Source: the human T2T-CHM13v2.0 reference genome, Homo sapiens
NCBI RefSeq assembly: GCF_009914755.1
Contig: NC_060931.1
Reading direction: 5' to 3' (one strand)
Length of the DNA stretch: 64,000 nucleotides
The notes under the pieces were generated by a model that worked only from the letters and a program-made list of their open reading frames with translations, had not been told where the DNA came from and ran no database searches. The position numbers and the translations under genes were made by a program. This document shows, piece after piece, positions 21,101 through 36,128 of the stretch; positions within the stretch are counted from its first letter, which is position 1; each line of letters begins with the position of its first letter.

Positions 21101-21196
21101 AGTACTTAGTTGATGTGACTCTTTTTGTCTTCCTAGGTCCTGCCAAGAGAGGAGATTGTGTCATATTGCTGGGCCCAACAAAAAGCTGACATTACT

Positions 21197-21509
21197 GGCT
21201 GGGCGCGGTGACCCATGCCTGTAATCCCAGCATTTTGGGAGGCTGAGGAGGGTGGATCATGAGGTCAGGAGTTCCAGACCAGCCTGGCCAAGATGGTGAA
21301 ACCCTGTCTCTACTAAAAATACAAAATTGAAAATTACAAAAATAAAAAATTAGCCAGGCGCAGTGGCAGGTGCCTGTAATCTCAGCTACTTGGGAGGCTG
21401 AGGCAGGAGAATTGCTTGAACCTGGGAGGTGGTGCTTGCGTAAGCTGAGATTGCACCACTGCACTTTAGCCTGGGCAACAGAGCAAGACTCCGTCTCAAA
21501 AAAAAAAAA
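21197..21509 (+). mobile_element. AluS
   Basis: Full Alu with an expanded middle A-rich linker; TSD-like AGCTGA..TTACT. Confidence 0.93.
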
Positions 21510-23361
21510 GAGCTGAAGTTACTCTTTTGCTCAGCCCTGCCCTCAAAAGGCATTGTGACATATTGCTGAACCTAGCACCAAGGTGATGTGAGTCTCCCTG
21601 TAAACCCTGCCCACAGGTGGCATTGCGGCATGTCTTCTAGCCCATCAACTATTTGATGTCATTCTCCTCTCTTACCTTGGCTTTGCTCATAAAAGAGATT
21701 GTGACATATTTTTAGGCTGAGAACCTAGGTGATGTGACTCTCTTCTCTTACCTGGGCCATGCCTACAAAATAAAGTGGCTTATCACCAGTACACAGGTGA
21801 CGTGATTCTTCTGCCTGGTCCCTGCCCACAGAGGTAATTTTGACTTATCTTTGGGCCCATCTTATAGATGATTTGACTTTCTTCTTACTGGGATCTATCT
21901 ATGGTTAGAATTGTGACATATCATTTGGACCAGCACCTGTGTTATGTAACTTTTTTTCCCTGAGCTCTACTAACAAAGGTCATTGTGACATATCTCTGGG
22001 CCCCTCACCTAGGTGATGTGAATCTCCTGCTTCATTCTTTCCCTCAGAAAGTATCGTGACATATTTCTTGACCCAGTATCTAGGTGATGTAATTCCCTTC
22101 TACTGCTTGGGCTCTGCCCAAGTAGGGATTGTGATGTATGCCTGGGCCCAGAACCTAGGTGACATGACTCTCCTCTCCTTCCTGGGTCCAGTATACTTTG
22201 TGTATTTTGACATATGGCTGGGACCAACATCTAAGTGATGTGACTCTTGCCTTGGCCCTGTCCACGGGTGTATTATGACATATCTCTTTATTCATTACCT
22301 AGGTGATGTCACTTTCTTCTGCTGCCTGGGCCATGTCAAAAGGGAGGATTGGGACATATTACTTGACCCAGGAGCTAAGTGATATAACTCTCCTATTTGC
22401 CTGGGCTTTGCATATGTTAGGTATTGTGACAAATCACTGGGCCCTACATTTATAGAATTGGAGGCTTCTGCCTTGGCCCTTTCCACAGAGGGACTGTTTA
22501 CATCTCCCTGCATCCATCACCTAGAAGATGTGACTTTTGTTCTTCCTGCATCCTGCCCACAAAGAAGATTGTGACATATTGCTGGGTCCACCATTAAGGT
22601 AATCTGCCTCTCCTGAGAGGGTGTTGCTCATACTGAGCATCGTAAGATATTACTGGGCCCAGAACCCATGTGATGTGACTATGCATTCTGTGCCTTGCTT
22701 TCAGGAGGGGATTGTCAAATAAGATCCCTCCCTGAGCACCCAGGTAATGTGACTCTCCTGCTAATGTGACTCTCCTGCCTGGTCCCTGTCCTCAGGGAAG
22801 ATTGTAACATATCACTTGCCCAGCACCCAGGTGATGTGACTCTCATGCTTGCTCTCTACTGGATTATGACATATATCTTGGTCCAGCTCACAGGAGAGCT
22901 GACGATCCTCTTCCTACAAGCCAGCCAATGTAAGAGATACTGTCATAGCTAGGCTTAGTGAATTAGGTAAGAGCCTGGGTCTCCTCTTTGTATGACAGCT
23001 ATGGAGAAAGCATTGTGACATATTGCTGGGCCCAGAACAAAGGTGATTTGAGTCTCTTACCTAGACCCTGATTACAGGGACATTGTGACATATCTCTGGG
23101 TCCATCAACTATTTGATGTGACTCTCCTCTGTTCCCTGGCCTTTGCCTATAGAAGACATTGTGACATATCTCTGGGCCCTGCACCAGGTGATTTGGCTTG
23201 CCTTTTCTACCTGGGCCATACCCACAGATAAAGGGTGACTTATCACAGAGCCCAGCACACAGGTGATGTGGTTCTTCTGTCTGGTCCCTGCCCACAAGGG
23301 TTATTGATACATATCAATACATATACATATGTGTGGCCTCAACATGTAGATGATGTGACTA

Positions 23362-23676
<315 letters not shown>

Positions 23677-23952
23677 TAATTTATATTTTATGTAGATCAT
23701 TTTATCTCTTCTATAATGATAATGGAATGCACAGCTTTTTAATAATAGAAGCTTTAAGAACTCAGGAATGAACAACTGGCTGTTGGCTGTCTAGGTTCTT
23801 CATGGGTCCACACTGAACATTAAATTTATGTCCTCTTAAGTACGAAGTTTGTGTCTCCAAATTAGGTGCATAGGACAAATAAATGAGGGGTTCTTATAGG
23901 TGATTTGACTTGGACCGCAGAGTTTATTCAAATGGCATACTAAAAAATTTTA

Positions 23953-26712
23953 GCGCAGCTTCAGCAGACTTAAACATCCCTGCCTGACGGCTTTGAAGGG
24001 TGCAGCGGACCTCCCAGCTCAGCGTTTGAGCTCTGCTAAGGGTCAGACTGCCTCCTTATGTGGGTCCCTGACCCCCATGTATCCTGACTGGGAGACACCT
24101 CCCAGTAGGGGCTGACAGACACCTCATACAGGAGAGCTCTGGCTGGCATCTGGCAGTTGCCCCTCTGGGTGCTTCCAGAGGAAAGAACAGGCAGCAATCT
24201 TTGCTGTTCTGTAGCCTCCTCTAGTGATACACAGGCAAACAGGGTCTGGAGTGGACCCTCCAGCAAACTCCAGCAGACCTGCAGCAGAGGGGCCTGACTG
24301 TTAGAAGGAAAACTAACAAACAGAAAGGACTAGCACGTCCACACAGAGACCCCATCCGAAGGTCACCAACATCAAAGACCAAAGGTAGATAAATCCACAA
24401 AGATGGGGAGAAACTAGCGTAAAAAGACTGAAAATTCCAAAAACCGTAACGCCTCTTCTCCTCCAAAGGATCACAACTCCTCGTCAGCAAGGGAACAAAA
24501 CTGGACAGAGAATGAGTTTGATGAATTGACAGAAGTAGGCTTCAAAAAGTGGGTAATAACAAACTCCTTTGAGCTAAAGGAGCATGTTCTAACCCAATGG
24601 AAGGAAGCTAAGAACCTTGAAAAAAGGTTAGCCAATTTGCTAACTAGAATAACCAGTTTAGAGAACATAAATGACCTGATGGAGCTGAAAAACACAGCAC
24701 AAGAACTTCATGAAGCTTACGCAAGTATCAATAGCCGAATCAATCAATCAGAAGAAAGGATATCAGAGATTGAAGATCAACTTACTGAAATAGAGCAAGT
24801 AGACAAGATTAGAGAAAAAAGAATAAAAAAAGGAATGAACAAAGCCTCTAAGAAATATGGGACTATGTGAAAACACCAAATCTACATTTGACTGGTGTAC
24901 CTGAAAGCAACGGGAAGAATGGAACCAAGTCGGAAAACAGTTTTCAGGAGATTATCCAGAACTTCCTCAACCTAGCAAAATAGGCCAATATTCAAATTCA
25001 GGAAATACGGAAAACACCACAAAGATACTCCTCGAGAAGAGCAACCCGAAGACGCATAATCGTTAGATTCACCAAGGTTGAAATGAAGGAAAAAATGTTA
25101 AGGGCAGCCAGAGAGAAAGGTCGGGTTACACACACAGGGAAGCCCATCAGACTAACAGTGGATCTCTCTGCAGAAACCCTACAAGCCAAAAGAGAATGGG
25201 GGTCAATATTCAACATTCTTAAAGAAAAGAATTTTCAACCCAGAATTTCATATCCAGCCAAACTAAGCTTCATAAGTGAAAGAGAAAGAAAATCCTTTAC
25301 AGACAAACAAAGGCTAAGAGATTTTGTCACCACCAGGCCTGCCTTACAAGAGCTCCTGAAGGAAGCACTAAATATGGAAAGGAACAACAGGCACCAGCCA
25401 CTGCAAAAACATACCAAATTGTAAAGACCATCGACACTATGAAGAAACTGCATCAACTAATGGGCAAAATAACCAGCTAGCATCATAATGACAGAATCAA
25501 ATTCACATATAACAATATTAACCTTAAATGTGAATGGGCTAAATGCGCCAATTAAAAGACACAGACTGGCAAATTGGATAAAGAGTCAAGACCCATCAGT
25601 GTGCTGTATTCAGGAGGCCCATCTCACGTGCAAAGACACACGTAGGCTCAAAATAAAGGGATGGAGGAATATTTACCAAGCAAATGGAAAGCAAAAAAAA
25701 GCAGGAGTTGCAATCCTAATCTCTGATAAAACAGACTTGAAACCACCAAAGATCAAAAGAGACAAAGAAGGCCATTACGTAATGGTAAAGGGATCGATGC
25801 ATCAAGAAGAGCTAACTATCCCAAATATAAATGCACCCAATACAGGAGCACCCAGATTCATAAAGCAAGTTCTTAGAGACCTACAAAGAGATTTAGACTC
25901 CCACACAATAATAGTGGGAGACTTTAACACCCCGCTGTCAATATTAGACAGGTCAACGAGACAGAAAATTAACAAGGATATTCAGGCCTTGAACTCAGCT
26001 CTGGACCAAGTGGACCTAAAAGACATCTACAGAACTCTCCACCCTAAATCAACAGAATATACATTCTTCTCAGCACCTCATTGCACTTATTCTAAAATTG
26101 ACCACATTATTGGAAGTAAAGCACTCCTCAGCAAATACAAAAGAATGGAAATCACAACAAACAGTCTCTCAGACCACAGTGCAATCAAATTAGAACTCAG
26201 GATTAAGAAACTCACTCAAAAGCGCTCAACTACATGGAAACTGAACAACCTGCTCCTAAATGACTACTGGGTAAATAACGAAATGAAGGCAGAAATAAAG
26301 ATGTTCTTTGAAACCAATGAGAACAAAGACACGATGTACCAGAATCTCTGGAACACATTTAAAGCAGTGTGTAGAGGGAAATTTATAGCACTAAATGCCC
26401 ACAAGAGAAAGCAGGAAAGATGTAAAATCAACACCCTAACCTCAAAATTAAAAGTACTAGAGAAGCAAGAGCAAACAAATTCAAAAGCTAGCAGAAGACA
26501 AGAAATAATTAAGATCAGAGCAGAACTGAAGGAAATAGAGACACAAAAAACCCTTCAAAAAATCAATGAATCCAGGAACTGGTGTTTTTGAAAAGATCAA
26601 CAAAATCGATAGGCTGCTAGCCAGACTAATGAAGAAGAAAAGAGAGAAGAATCAAATAGTTGAAATAAAAAATGATAAAGGGGATATCACGACTGATCCC
26701 ACAGAAATGCAA
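23953..26712 (+). mobile_element. Internal LINE-1 fragment (L1PA7-like): partial 5'UTR, disrupted ORF1 and 5' part of ORF2
   Basis: L1 5'UTR-like sequence. ORF1 ATG at 24403 has an early TAG and frameshifts; ORF1 ends at 25424. ORF2 begins at 25488. No 3'UTR or poly-A. Confidence 0.95.
25488..26591 (+). pseudogene. L1 ORF2 N-terminal APE-like endonuclease domain remnant (367 aa open)
   Basis: [19 protein letters not shown]...CCIQE...GDFNTPLS...SKIDH...LSDH; frameshifts near 26585 and the element is truncated at ~26712. Confidence 0.9.
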
Positions 26713-27126
26713 GGTGCTGGAACTACAGGCATGAGCCACCGTGCCTGGCCAAATTCTCACAATCTTTACCTAATTCAAACAATATAATTCTAACGTTATC
26801 AGAAATCTGTGCTCAACTCATCTGGGCCTTTTCCATCTTTTCATGAACCTCCTTGAATACACAGTACTCTAGGATTTTTCATGCTTTTAAAGTTTTTAGA
26901 AACTACATCAGAATTAAGCCATTAACTGTGGAAATGACTTTCATGGTTATAAAGAAACAAATTAAAAGAAATTGATTATATCTGTTGCCTACAATAATTT
27001 ATCATAATAACCATAATTATGAATAAGAGCGTATACTCAGATACATTAGAGTTTTAGAAATTTCATACAATTTTGACATAAATATTAATAACATATTTAT
27101 TAAAATATAAGTCGAAGGAGGTCAAA

Positions 27127-27720
27127 TATATATATATAGTTTTAAGACAGAATCTCGCTCTGTCACCCAGGCTAGAGAGTAATGTCACAATCTCAGCTCA
27201 CTGGAACCTCTGCCTCCTGGATTCAAGCGATTCTCCTGCCTCAGCCTCCTGAGTTGCTGGGATTACAGGCACCCACCACCACGTCTGGCTTAATTTTTGT
27301 ATTTTTAGTAGAGACAGGGTTTTGCCATGTTGGCAAGGCTGGTCTTGAATTCCTGACCTCAGGTGATCCATCTGCCTCAGCCTCCCAAAGTCCTGGGATT
27401 ACAGGCATAAGCTACCACGCCTGGCAAACATTATTTTTATTTTGATAATGCTTCCATGTAAGTTAACTTTTTTTTTTTTTCAGTCGAAGTTTTGCTCTTG
27501 TTGCCCAGGTGGGAGTGCAATGGAGCGATCTTGGCTCACTCCAACCTCTGCCTCCCAGGTTCAAGCCATTCTCCATTCTCCAGCCTCAGCCTCCTGAGTA
27601 GCTCAGATTACAGGCGCTCACCACCATGCCCAGTTAATTTTTGTATTTTTAGTAGAGACAGGGTTTCATCATGTTGGCCAGGATGGTCTCCATCTCTTGA
27701 CCTGGTGATCTGCCCGCCTC
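27127..27720 (-). mobile_element. Two antisense AluS elements (27127-27425; 27468-27720, the second 5'-truncated)
   Basis: Alu consensus motifs in both. Confidence 0.9.
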
Positions 27721-28609
27721 CCCCTGCCTGTTTATCACTCTTTTGCATGCTGCATTGACACTCTATAGCATCCAAAAGTTTGGGGTGTAAAAAAAAGACA
27801 CTTTTAAAGCAAAATTTGATGTTGGGAAGCCTGTCAAATATGTCATAGGGTTAAAACACTTCACTAAAATAGGACCACAGATCACCATAAAATAATAGTC
27901 ATTTATTTATCCAAAGTGATAATTAAAAGATTTTAAAAACAAAATCATTTACTGTTTGATACAGGAGATTCAGTTTTCCAGTCAAAAAACCTGAGAAAGA
28001 CTGCATGAGAAAAATTCTCTTTTTTACTTTCTTTATTTTAAAATTTATTCAAAAGGTGGACAAAAATATTGTACTATGTCATATTGATATGTAAAATTTT
28101 TGTTCAAAAGAAAATCAACTTTTACTTTTGTATTACTGTATTATTAATACTAAAGCTAACTTTAATAAAACCTTATAAATAAATCCATCAAATGTGTCAT
28201 TTTTGGCTACTGTAGATTTTCATAAATATTTTATAGTCTATTATAATAAATTTTTCAACTTTTTATATTATATTTTTGGTTTTTTCTTTTTTCAATTTGA
28301 AACAATCATTAAGTAATTTCAAACTAGATAAAATGTTTCTAACTTTCTTCCTTAAAAGCATATTTTACTTTTGTTTATACATTCTCTATGCAGAATTGTT
28401 TTTCATACATCTAGTAGTTTTAATTATATACATATTAATTACATTAATTCTTAACAACCTTAGGTTATTTTATTCCTGCTGTCCTCTGCTCTTTTTATGG
28501 CCACGGTCTGTTCCACCTCAGAACTGAAGAGAGATGTTGGTAGGGAAAGGCTCTTCCCTCACCTCTGGCAGAAAAGGAATGTTCAGGCCCTTCAAACCCC
28601 TGTTGTCAA

Positions 28610-29215
<606 letters not shown>

Positions 29216-29499
29216 GGATTGCCTCCTTTTTAAACTCTCAATCGGCCTGCTCAAAGGACCAGAATTCAGAAAGGGCATAAAATCTGGAATTTTAAAATAA
29301 TTGTTATATTATTTTCATGTGTGAATAGCCACATAATATATTATTTATAAATGCATATGACTTTATATACAGGTTAAATGCAAATGCCTTCTGGGGTGGA
29401 CCTGGCTCAACTCAGGGAGGAGCCCTGCCTGAAACGGCTGCAGCTTAGGTTTCACTTTATCTTCTTCCAGCCCAGCATCTGAGCACAGCTTCTGTCACT

Positions 29500-30140
29500 C
29501 AGGGCCTGAGGGAGCAGGGCAGCAAACGTTATCCAATCAGGACTGCTGGGCTGGGAACCGTCCAATCAGGCACGCAGCTGGAGCGGACAGGACGGCTTCC
29601 GGGATTTGGCGGGGCCTTTGTCTCTGGCTGCAGCCGGACCTCCTGCTCTCCTCCTCACTGCTCAGTGTCCTCTGCTCCTAGAGGCCCAGCCTCTGTGTCC
29701 CTGTGACCTGCAGATATTGGGAGATCCACAGCTAAGACGCCGGGACTCCCTGGAAACCTAGAAATGGTGAGAGTGCTGGGTCCGACATCCCGAGAGAGGG
29801 GGAGGGGCTGGTTGGAACCGATCGAAAGTGGCTGTGGCTGGACTCGGGCCTCCAAAGTCCGCGGCCCCAAGTTCTCCTTGGCGCAGCTCGGCCCTCAGTC
29901 CCCCGCGGCCCCGAGTTCTCCTTGGCGCAGCTCGGTCCTCAGTCCCCTTCAGCCGTAAGATGGCGGCTGGGCTGACAGCCGGGACCCTGGGCGTCCTGTC
30001 TCCTCCCTGCTCAGTGACTGTGCCCTGGCCTGGAGCCCTCTCCGGGCGGCTTTGCACCCGCAGCGCGGCATCTCTCCCCGATTGTGCAGGGATGCCGGGA
30101 GGGTCATCAGGGGAGAATCCTGACTCGGGATGCGGGGTTC
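29500..30140 (+). promoter_or_regulatory. CpG-rich promoter/first-exon region of the KRAB-ZNF gene
   Basis: Two CCAAT boxes (~29533 and ~29562), an ETS-like CTTCCGG (~29596), a GC box GGCGGGGC (~29608), and a YY1 motif AAGATGGCGGC at 29957-29967 in intron 1. Architecture is typical of ZNF91-family promoters. Confidence 0.8.
29764..29766 (+). CDS. ZNF107: KRAB-ZNF coding exon 1 (start codon only; 5'UTR from about 29600)
   Basis: ...GGAAACCTAGAAATG|GTGAGAG: ATG immediately followed by a GT donor, the standard ZNF91-family first exon; joins in frame to the KRAB-A exon. Confidence 0.85.
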
Positions 30141-31636
30141 ATGAATGGGAAAAGCTTTAGTCTGTGGGGTTCCTAGTCCATCTTTTTTCTCTTAAAAATC
30201 TATGGAAGTCACCACAAAAATGTTAAAGAATTTAATCAAAGAGTAATTGAAGAATTATAGAGCACCCAGCTGTGGTTTGTAGTTTATTTTCCATGGGAGG
30301 GGCTTGAAGAAAAGACTTTTAGAAGGTGCATGATAAAGGAAAGCAAACTCAATAATTGGTTAGGTAGAGTTACGTAGTTTCTTAGTTTTAGATGAAGGTG
30401 GAAATTTTCTGGTCACGTAATCAGAGCTTAATTGGCAGTTCATGGTTGATTAAGTCTAAATTTTGTTTTCCCCAATGTAGTAATTTACAAAAAAAAAGCA
30501 TTTGAGTTAGATTTTTTAAAAAGTAAAAACCCTGGGACTAGAGCCACCTCAGTCTAATTGCCTGCCATTTAGTTATTTTCACACTCCACAGGGGACAGAT
30601 TTTCCCCTGCAACTTTCACGTGTCTCAAGCAGGGTCTCAAGACTACTCCCTATTCCCCATTCTTTTAGCCTAACTGACTTTCAGTAAAATGCTAAATTTC
30701 CAGTTTCCTTTGACATTCCCAAATCCCAGCTTCCCCTCCCTAATTCACATTATCAACTATTTGTCCTTTAGTGTACATTTTAGATACTGTATTTTAATTA
30801 ATCATTGTTGACAAATTATTGGGTGGCACTTTAAACAAATTGTTTGCTGTTTGAAAATATTTCCAATGAGAAGAAAACAAAAAATAATCCCCTGACACTG
30901 TATTGTAAAAAAAAGTCTGTGCCTATTTTCCTTTTATCTTCCCTAGGCGCAGAGATCTTATCAGAATGTTTTTGGGTCAAGGTTTCCCTTTGGAAACTTT
31001 ACAGGGTGATGTGTCCTCAGCCACCTTTCGGTTTTCTCCTGGTCCTGGGTTTCAGTACTGTCTGGGGATAAATCAAGATATCAACTGTGGCTGTGTATGC
31101 TAGAATCTCTAGTAAATTTCAGCTCCTGGCCTGGAATGGAACTCTGGGTATCTGGGAATGGGAGACAGAGGACAATCTGAGGTTGGAGTGTAGCCTCTCA
31201 AGGGAGCAGGTGGATGCCCTGGGGCTGAGAGGAATCTCCTGGTATACCCTTCCTTTGGAAAGCTAACCCTTTGAGGCATTAAGATTGTGTTCACTCAACC
31301 CGACTTCCATTTCTCAGAGGTACATTGCTGGTCAGCCAATCAGATGCTGGTATTGAGAGGAAAACTCAGAAATAATTTCTGCCCCCTGGATTCTCTAAGA
31401 TTTGTGAAAGAAAAAATAGTATTCCAGAAGACAAAAAAAAAAAAAAAATCAAACTTGACCCCAGTGAGATGGTACAAGAACTTGCAAAATGAAATGCACT
31501 TGGAGTAGTCACTGAGGCATAGGGCAGTGTCTACAGAGAGGGTGGTCATTGAGCACTTAAATGAGCAGGATGGGGTAGGAGAATCTAGTGTTTGGGTGGC
31601 CTGACTTGACACATGAGTCAGACACATCTGTTTTCT

Positions 31637-31960
31637 TTTTTTTTATTATTATTATACTTTAAGTTTTAGGGTACATGTGCATAACGTGCAGGTTTGTTAC
31701 ATATGTACACATGTGCCCTGTTGGTGTGCTGCACCCAGTAACTCGTCATTTAGCATTAGGTATATCTCCTAATGCTATCCCTCCCCCCTCCCCCCACCCC
31801 ACAGCAGGCCCCAGTGTGTGATGTTCCCCTTCCTGTGTCCATGTGTTCTCATTGTTCAATTCCCACCTATAAGTGAGAACATGCGATGTTTGGTTTTTTG
31901 TCCTTGCTGAGAACGATGGTTTCCAGCTTTATCCATGTCCCTGCAAAGGCCATGAACTCA
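31637..31960 (-). mobile_element. Short 5'-truncated L1PA 3' end
   Basis: L1 3'UTR with T-tail, flanked by a 19-bp TSD TCAGACACATCTGTTTTCT (31618-31636 and 31961-31979). Confidence 0.95.
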
Positions 31961-32387
31961 TCAGACACATCTGTTTTCTAATCAGCCCCGCCACTCCCTG
32001 GGTTTGTCACCTTGAAAAGATTTGTTCACTTATTTTGATTTCAGTTTTATAACTGTAACTTGCATTTTATTAGTATGATTTAAAAGTTAAGAAAATATTT
32101 ACAGAGCATAAAAGAGGTGAGTTTCAGAGAAAAATAATATCTAATCATATATTCCATTTATTAAGAATTCTCATTTACCTTTTTCTTTCCCAGACTTAGT
32201 TTAGGAATTTACTCAGGTGCGTTTTTTATGGCTGGGTGATGTCCAACGGTATTCCAAGGCTTAGTTTTTAGAGTGCTAGCAGGGAAACAAAAAGGAAAAA
32301 AACCTCTCTTCCATTTTGACTGTAGAAAATGAATACATTTTTACAAGAAAATGTGGTAGATAATTGATGAGTTACATAGATTTATGA

Positions 32388-32781
<394 letters not shown>

Positions 32782-32870
32782 GTTAATGCTAAATTTTATG
32801 AGATGAAAGTTGGTACCTCCTAGAAGTATGACTTCTTGATTACTAATCCCATATGACTAATTGATTACTA

Positions 32871-33332
<462 letters not shown>

Positions 33333-34269
33333 TCAAAACCCAAGTGAATAACCTTGACATGGAAATTAAAGCTTATGCCCAGTGATTCCAAGCTAAGGCT
33401 AATATTGAGCCTGCAAAGGGAAGGGAGGTTATTAAAGGCCCAGTTAGTTCTTTCTTGGAAGCCTCCCCTGCTCACCCCAGCCATGGAAGAAGCCTTTATT
33501 CTGAGAGAAGCTACAGAGCCCTGGACGTCGGGGGACCCACAGGCAGATGCAGTTAACGTTAAGATGGAAGGGGAATGAGAGAGTCTTACTAAAGATGAAG
33601 TTGTTATCGTTTTGAGGCAGTATTTTACTTTTTGTAAAAACAGAATAAGGTTTCTGTAAAAAAAATTCTGAATTTTAAAGGAGTATTGCAACAGAAGGAA
33701 ATACCAACTAAAAGATCTTTAAGAATTGCAAAGTTTAGGCAGACAAAGACTTTTTTTTTTAGGGAGGAGCAAAGAAGGTTAGAAAGAAGGTCACAGGGGA
33801 ATGGCAAATGGAGGGTGAAAAAAATCAAATACTAGATTAGAACACTTTTATCCTGAAGTCATCAAGTCTTTAGGAGGGACAAAAAATGGGGTTGTATGTT
33901 GGCTCAGACTGAGGGTACCTCAAAGTTCAGGAGCCTGTGGAAAGGAGATAAACTTAAGTGAAGTTTGATTAAGAAGAACTTTCTTTTGACCACTGAAGAA
34001 AAATTCAGCTAATTTTTTAATATGAAAAAGAAAATATGCAGAGTGAGTGTTTGGTTATTAAACAGTTAAGAAAAAGAGTACCATCTAAGTCATAATGGGA
34101 AGGGTGTTTCTTTTCATAAACTGTTCCTGGAGAACACAAAGGATGGGGACTTTTATTAATCGCAGCTATTTACCAGGATTATCTATGTGCTTCATCTTTC
34201 CCCATCTCTTTTCTTTGTCCTATACATTTTTTCCATTTGAATTTTCCTGGGTTGTATCTTGTATAGTAA

Positions 34270-34560
34270 ACTGGTCGACATAACCACAGTGTTTTGCAGA
34301 GTTCTGTGAGTAGCTTTATCAAATTATTGAACTTGAGGGAGTTATGGGAATTCTAAATTTTCAAACAGTAGTTTAGAAGCACTGATAGGCCCGTATGGTT
34401 TTTGACTGGCATCTGCAGTGAGGACAGTGTTGTGGGACTGAGCCCTGAATCAGGGTCTGCTGACTCTGGGGTCAGAATTCAAATGTTAAACAATGTGTTA
34501 GTTTTGGAGAATTGCTTGGTGTTAAGCAAACTTTACAGATTTGGTGCCAAAAGAAAGATA
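34270..34560 (+). mobile_element. MER21-like LTR fragment
   Basis: GAGTTCTGTGAGTAGC...GGCATCTGCAGTGAGGACAGTGTTGTGGGACTGAGCCC...GGAGAATTGCTTGGTGT resembles the 3' part of MER21C. Confidence 0.6.
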
Positions 34561-35216
34561 TCACAGAGGCCTGGCCTGGAGTGGAACTCTGGGTGTCTGG
34601 GAATGCGACGCTCTACCCTCCTGTACACAGACTGTCACACTGCCCATTGTCCTGTGATTCCAGGTCTCCTTCCATGGTGAGAGAGGACTGAAAACTTAGA
34701 GGAAAGGAGGTCTGATTATAGACCCCCTTTTCTCGCAGCTGCCATCCCAGAATTTCCACCCACTCACAAACATACCCATTATACATTGATGTGTCCACAC
34801 CCCTCCCAGGACTAGGCACCGCCCTTAGGAATTTCACTACAGCATTTTTTTATTCTAGTGTTTTTTGCCAAAAACCCACCAAAGTGTCTACAAGTCTCCT
34901 GACATATTCCTATTCCCAGACACTGAATCTGCAGCAGCAGCCTGCTCTCTCCACCAACCAAGGATTCTGGACCACCTGTTCATAATCTCATCTGCCTGCA
35001 TGGACGCAAATAAATCAGAGGACAGCCCCATCTGGGCCACTATCTGTAGCACAGACCATTCCTCCCACCTACATGGCATTCTCCCCCACCCATGGATTTT
35101 TTTCCTTTTAACTTTTATTTCTGTTTTGGAGTACACATGCAGTTTGTTATATAGGTAAAATTGTGTCAGGGTGGTTTCGTGTGCAGATTATTTTATCGCT
35201 GAGATACTAAGCATAG

Positions 35217-35556
<340 letters not shown>

Positions 35557-35804
35557 GGCGACCCTTTTTGTTCTTTCACCTTCCACCCTCAGCTAGGCCT
35601 CTGTTGTTCCCCTCTTTGTGTCCATGTGTTCTTATTATTTAGCTCTTATACATGAGAAAATATATTTGGTTTTCTATTCTGCATTAGTTTTCTATGGCTA
35701 ATGGTCTCCAGCTTTATCCATGTTGCTGCAAAGGACGTGCTCTTGTTCTTTTTTATGGCCACATGGTATTCCATGATGTTTATGTATCATATTTTGTTTG
35801 TATT

Positions 35805-36128
35805 AAATATTTTGTTTTATTTTATTTTTATTATAATTATTTTTGGAGACAGGGTCTCATCTTGTCACACAGGCTGAAGTGCAGTGGTGTGATCTTGGCT
35901 CACTGCAGCCTCAACCTCCCTGGCTCAAGCAATCCTCCTACCTAAGCCCTCCAAGTAGCTGGAACTACAGATGTGTATCATTATGCCCGGCTAATTTTTC
36001 TTTTTGTATTTTTTGTAAAGACGTGGTTCTTCCACATTGCTCAGTCTGGTTTTGAACTTTTGAGTTCCGCAAATCTGCATGCCTCAGCTTACGAAAGTGC
36101 TGTGGTTACAGGTGTGAGCCACCGTGCC
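35805..36128 (-). mobile_element. AluJ
   Basis: J-type features (CAGGGTCTC, GCAGCCTCAACCTCC, AATCCTCC). Confidence 0.85.

Noticed and set aside
24190-24300. L1 5'UTR segment homologous to the region bound by ZNF93 in younger L1PA families, near a ZNF91-family promoter
   Set aside because: The element appears older and diverged; binding cannot be supported from sequence alone.
29655-30160. GC-rich ORFs around the promoter (e.g. 29828-30160 +, 29758-30057 -)
   Set aside because: Expected stop-codon scarcity in a CpG island. The ATG at 29764 is followed by a canonical donor and the ORFs have no recognisable domain.
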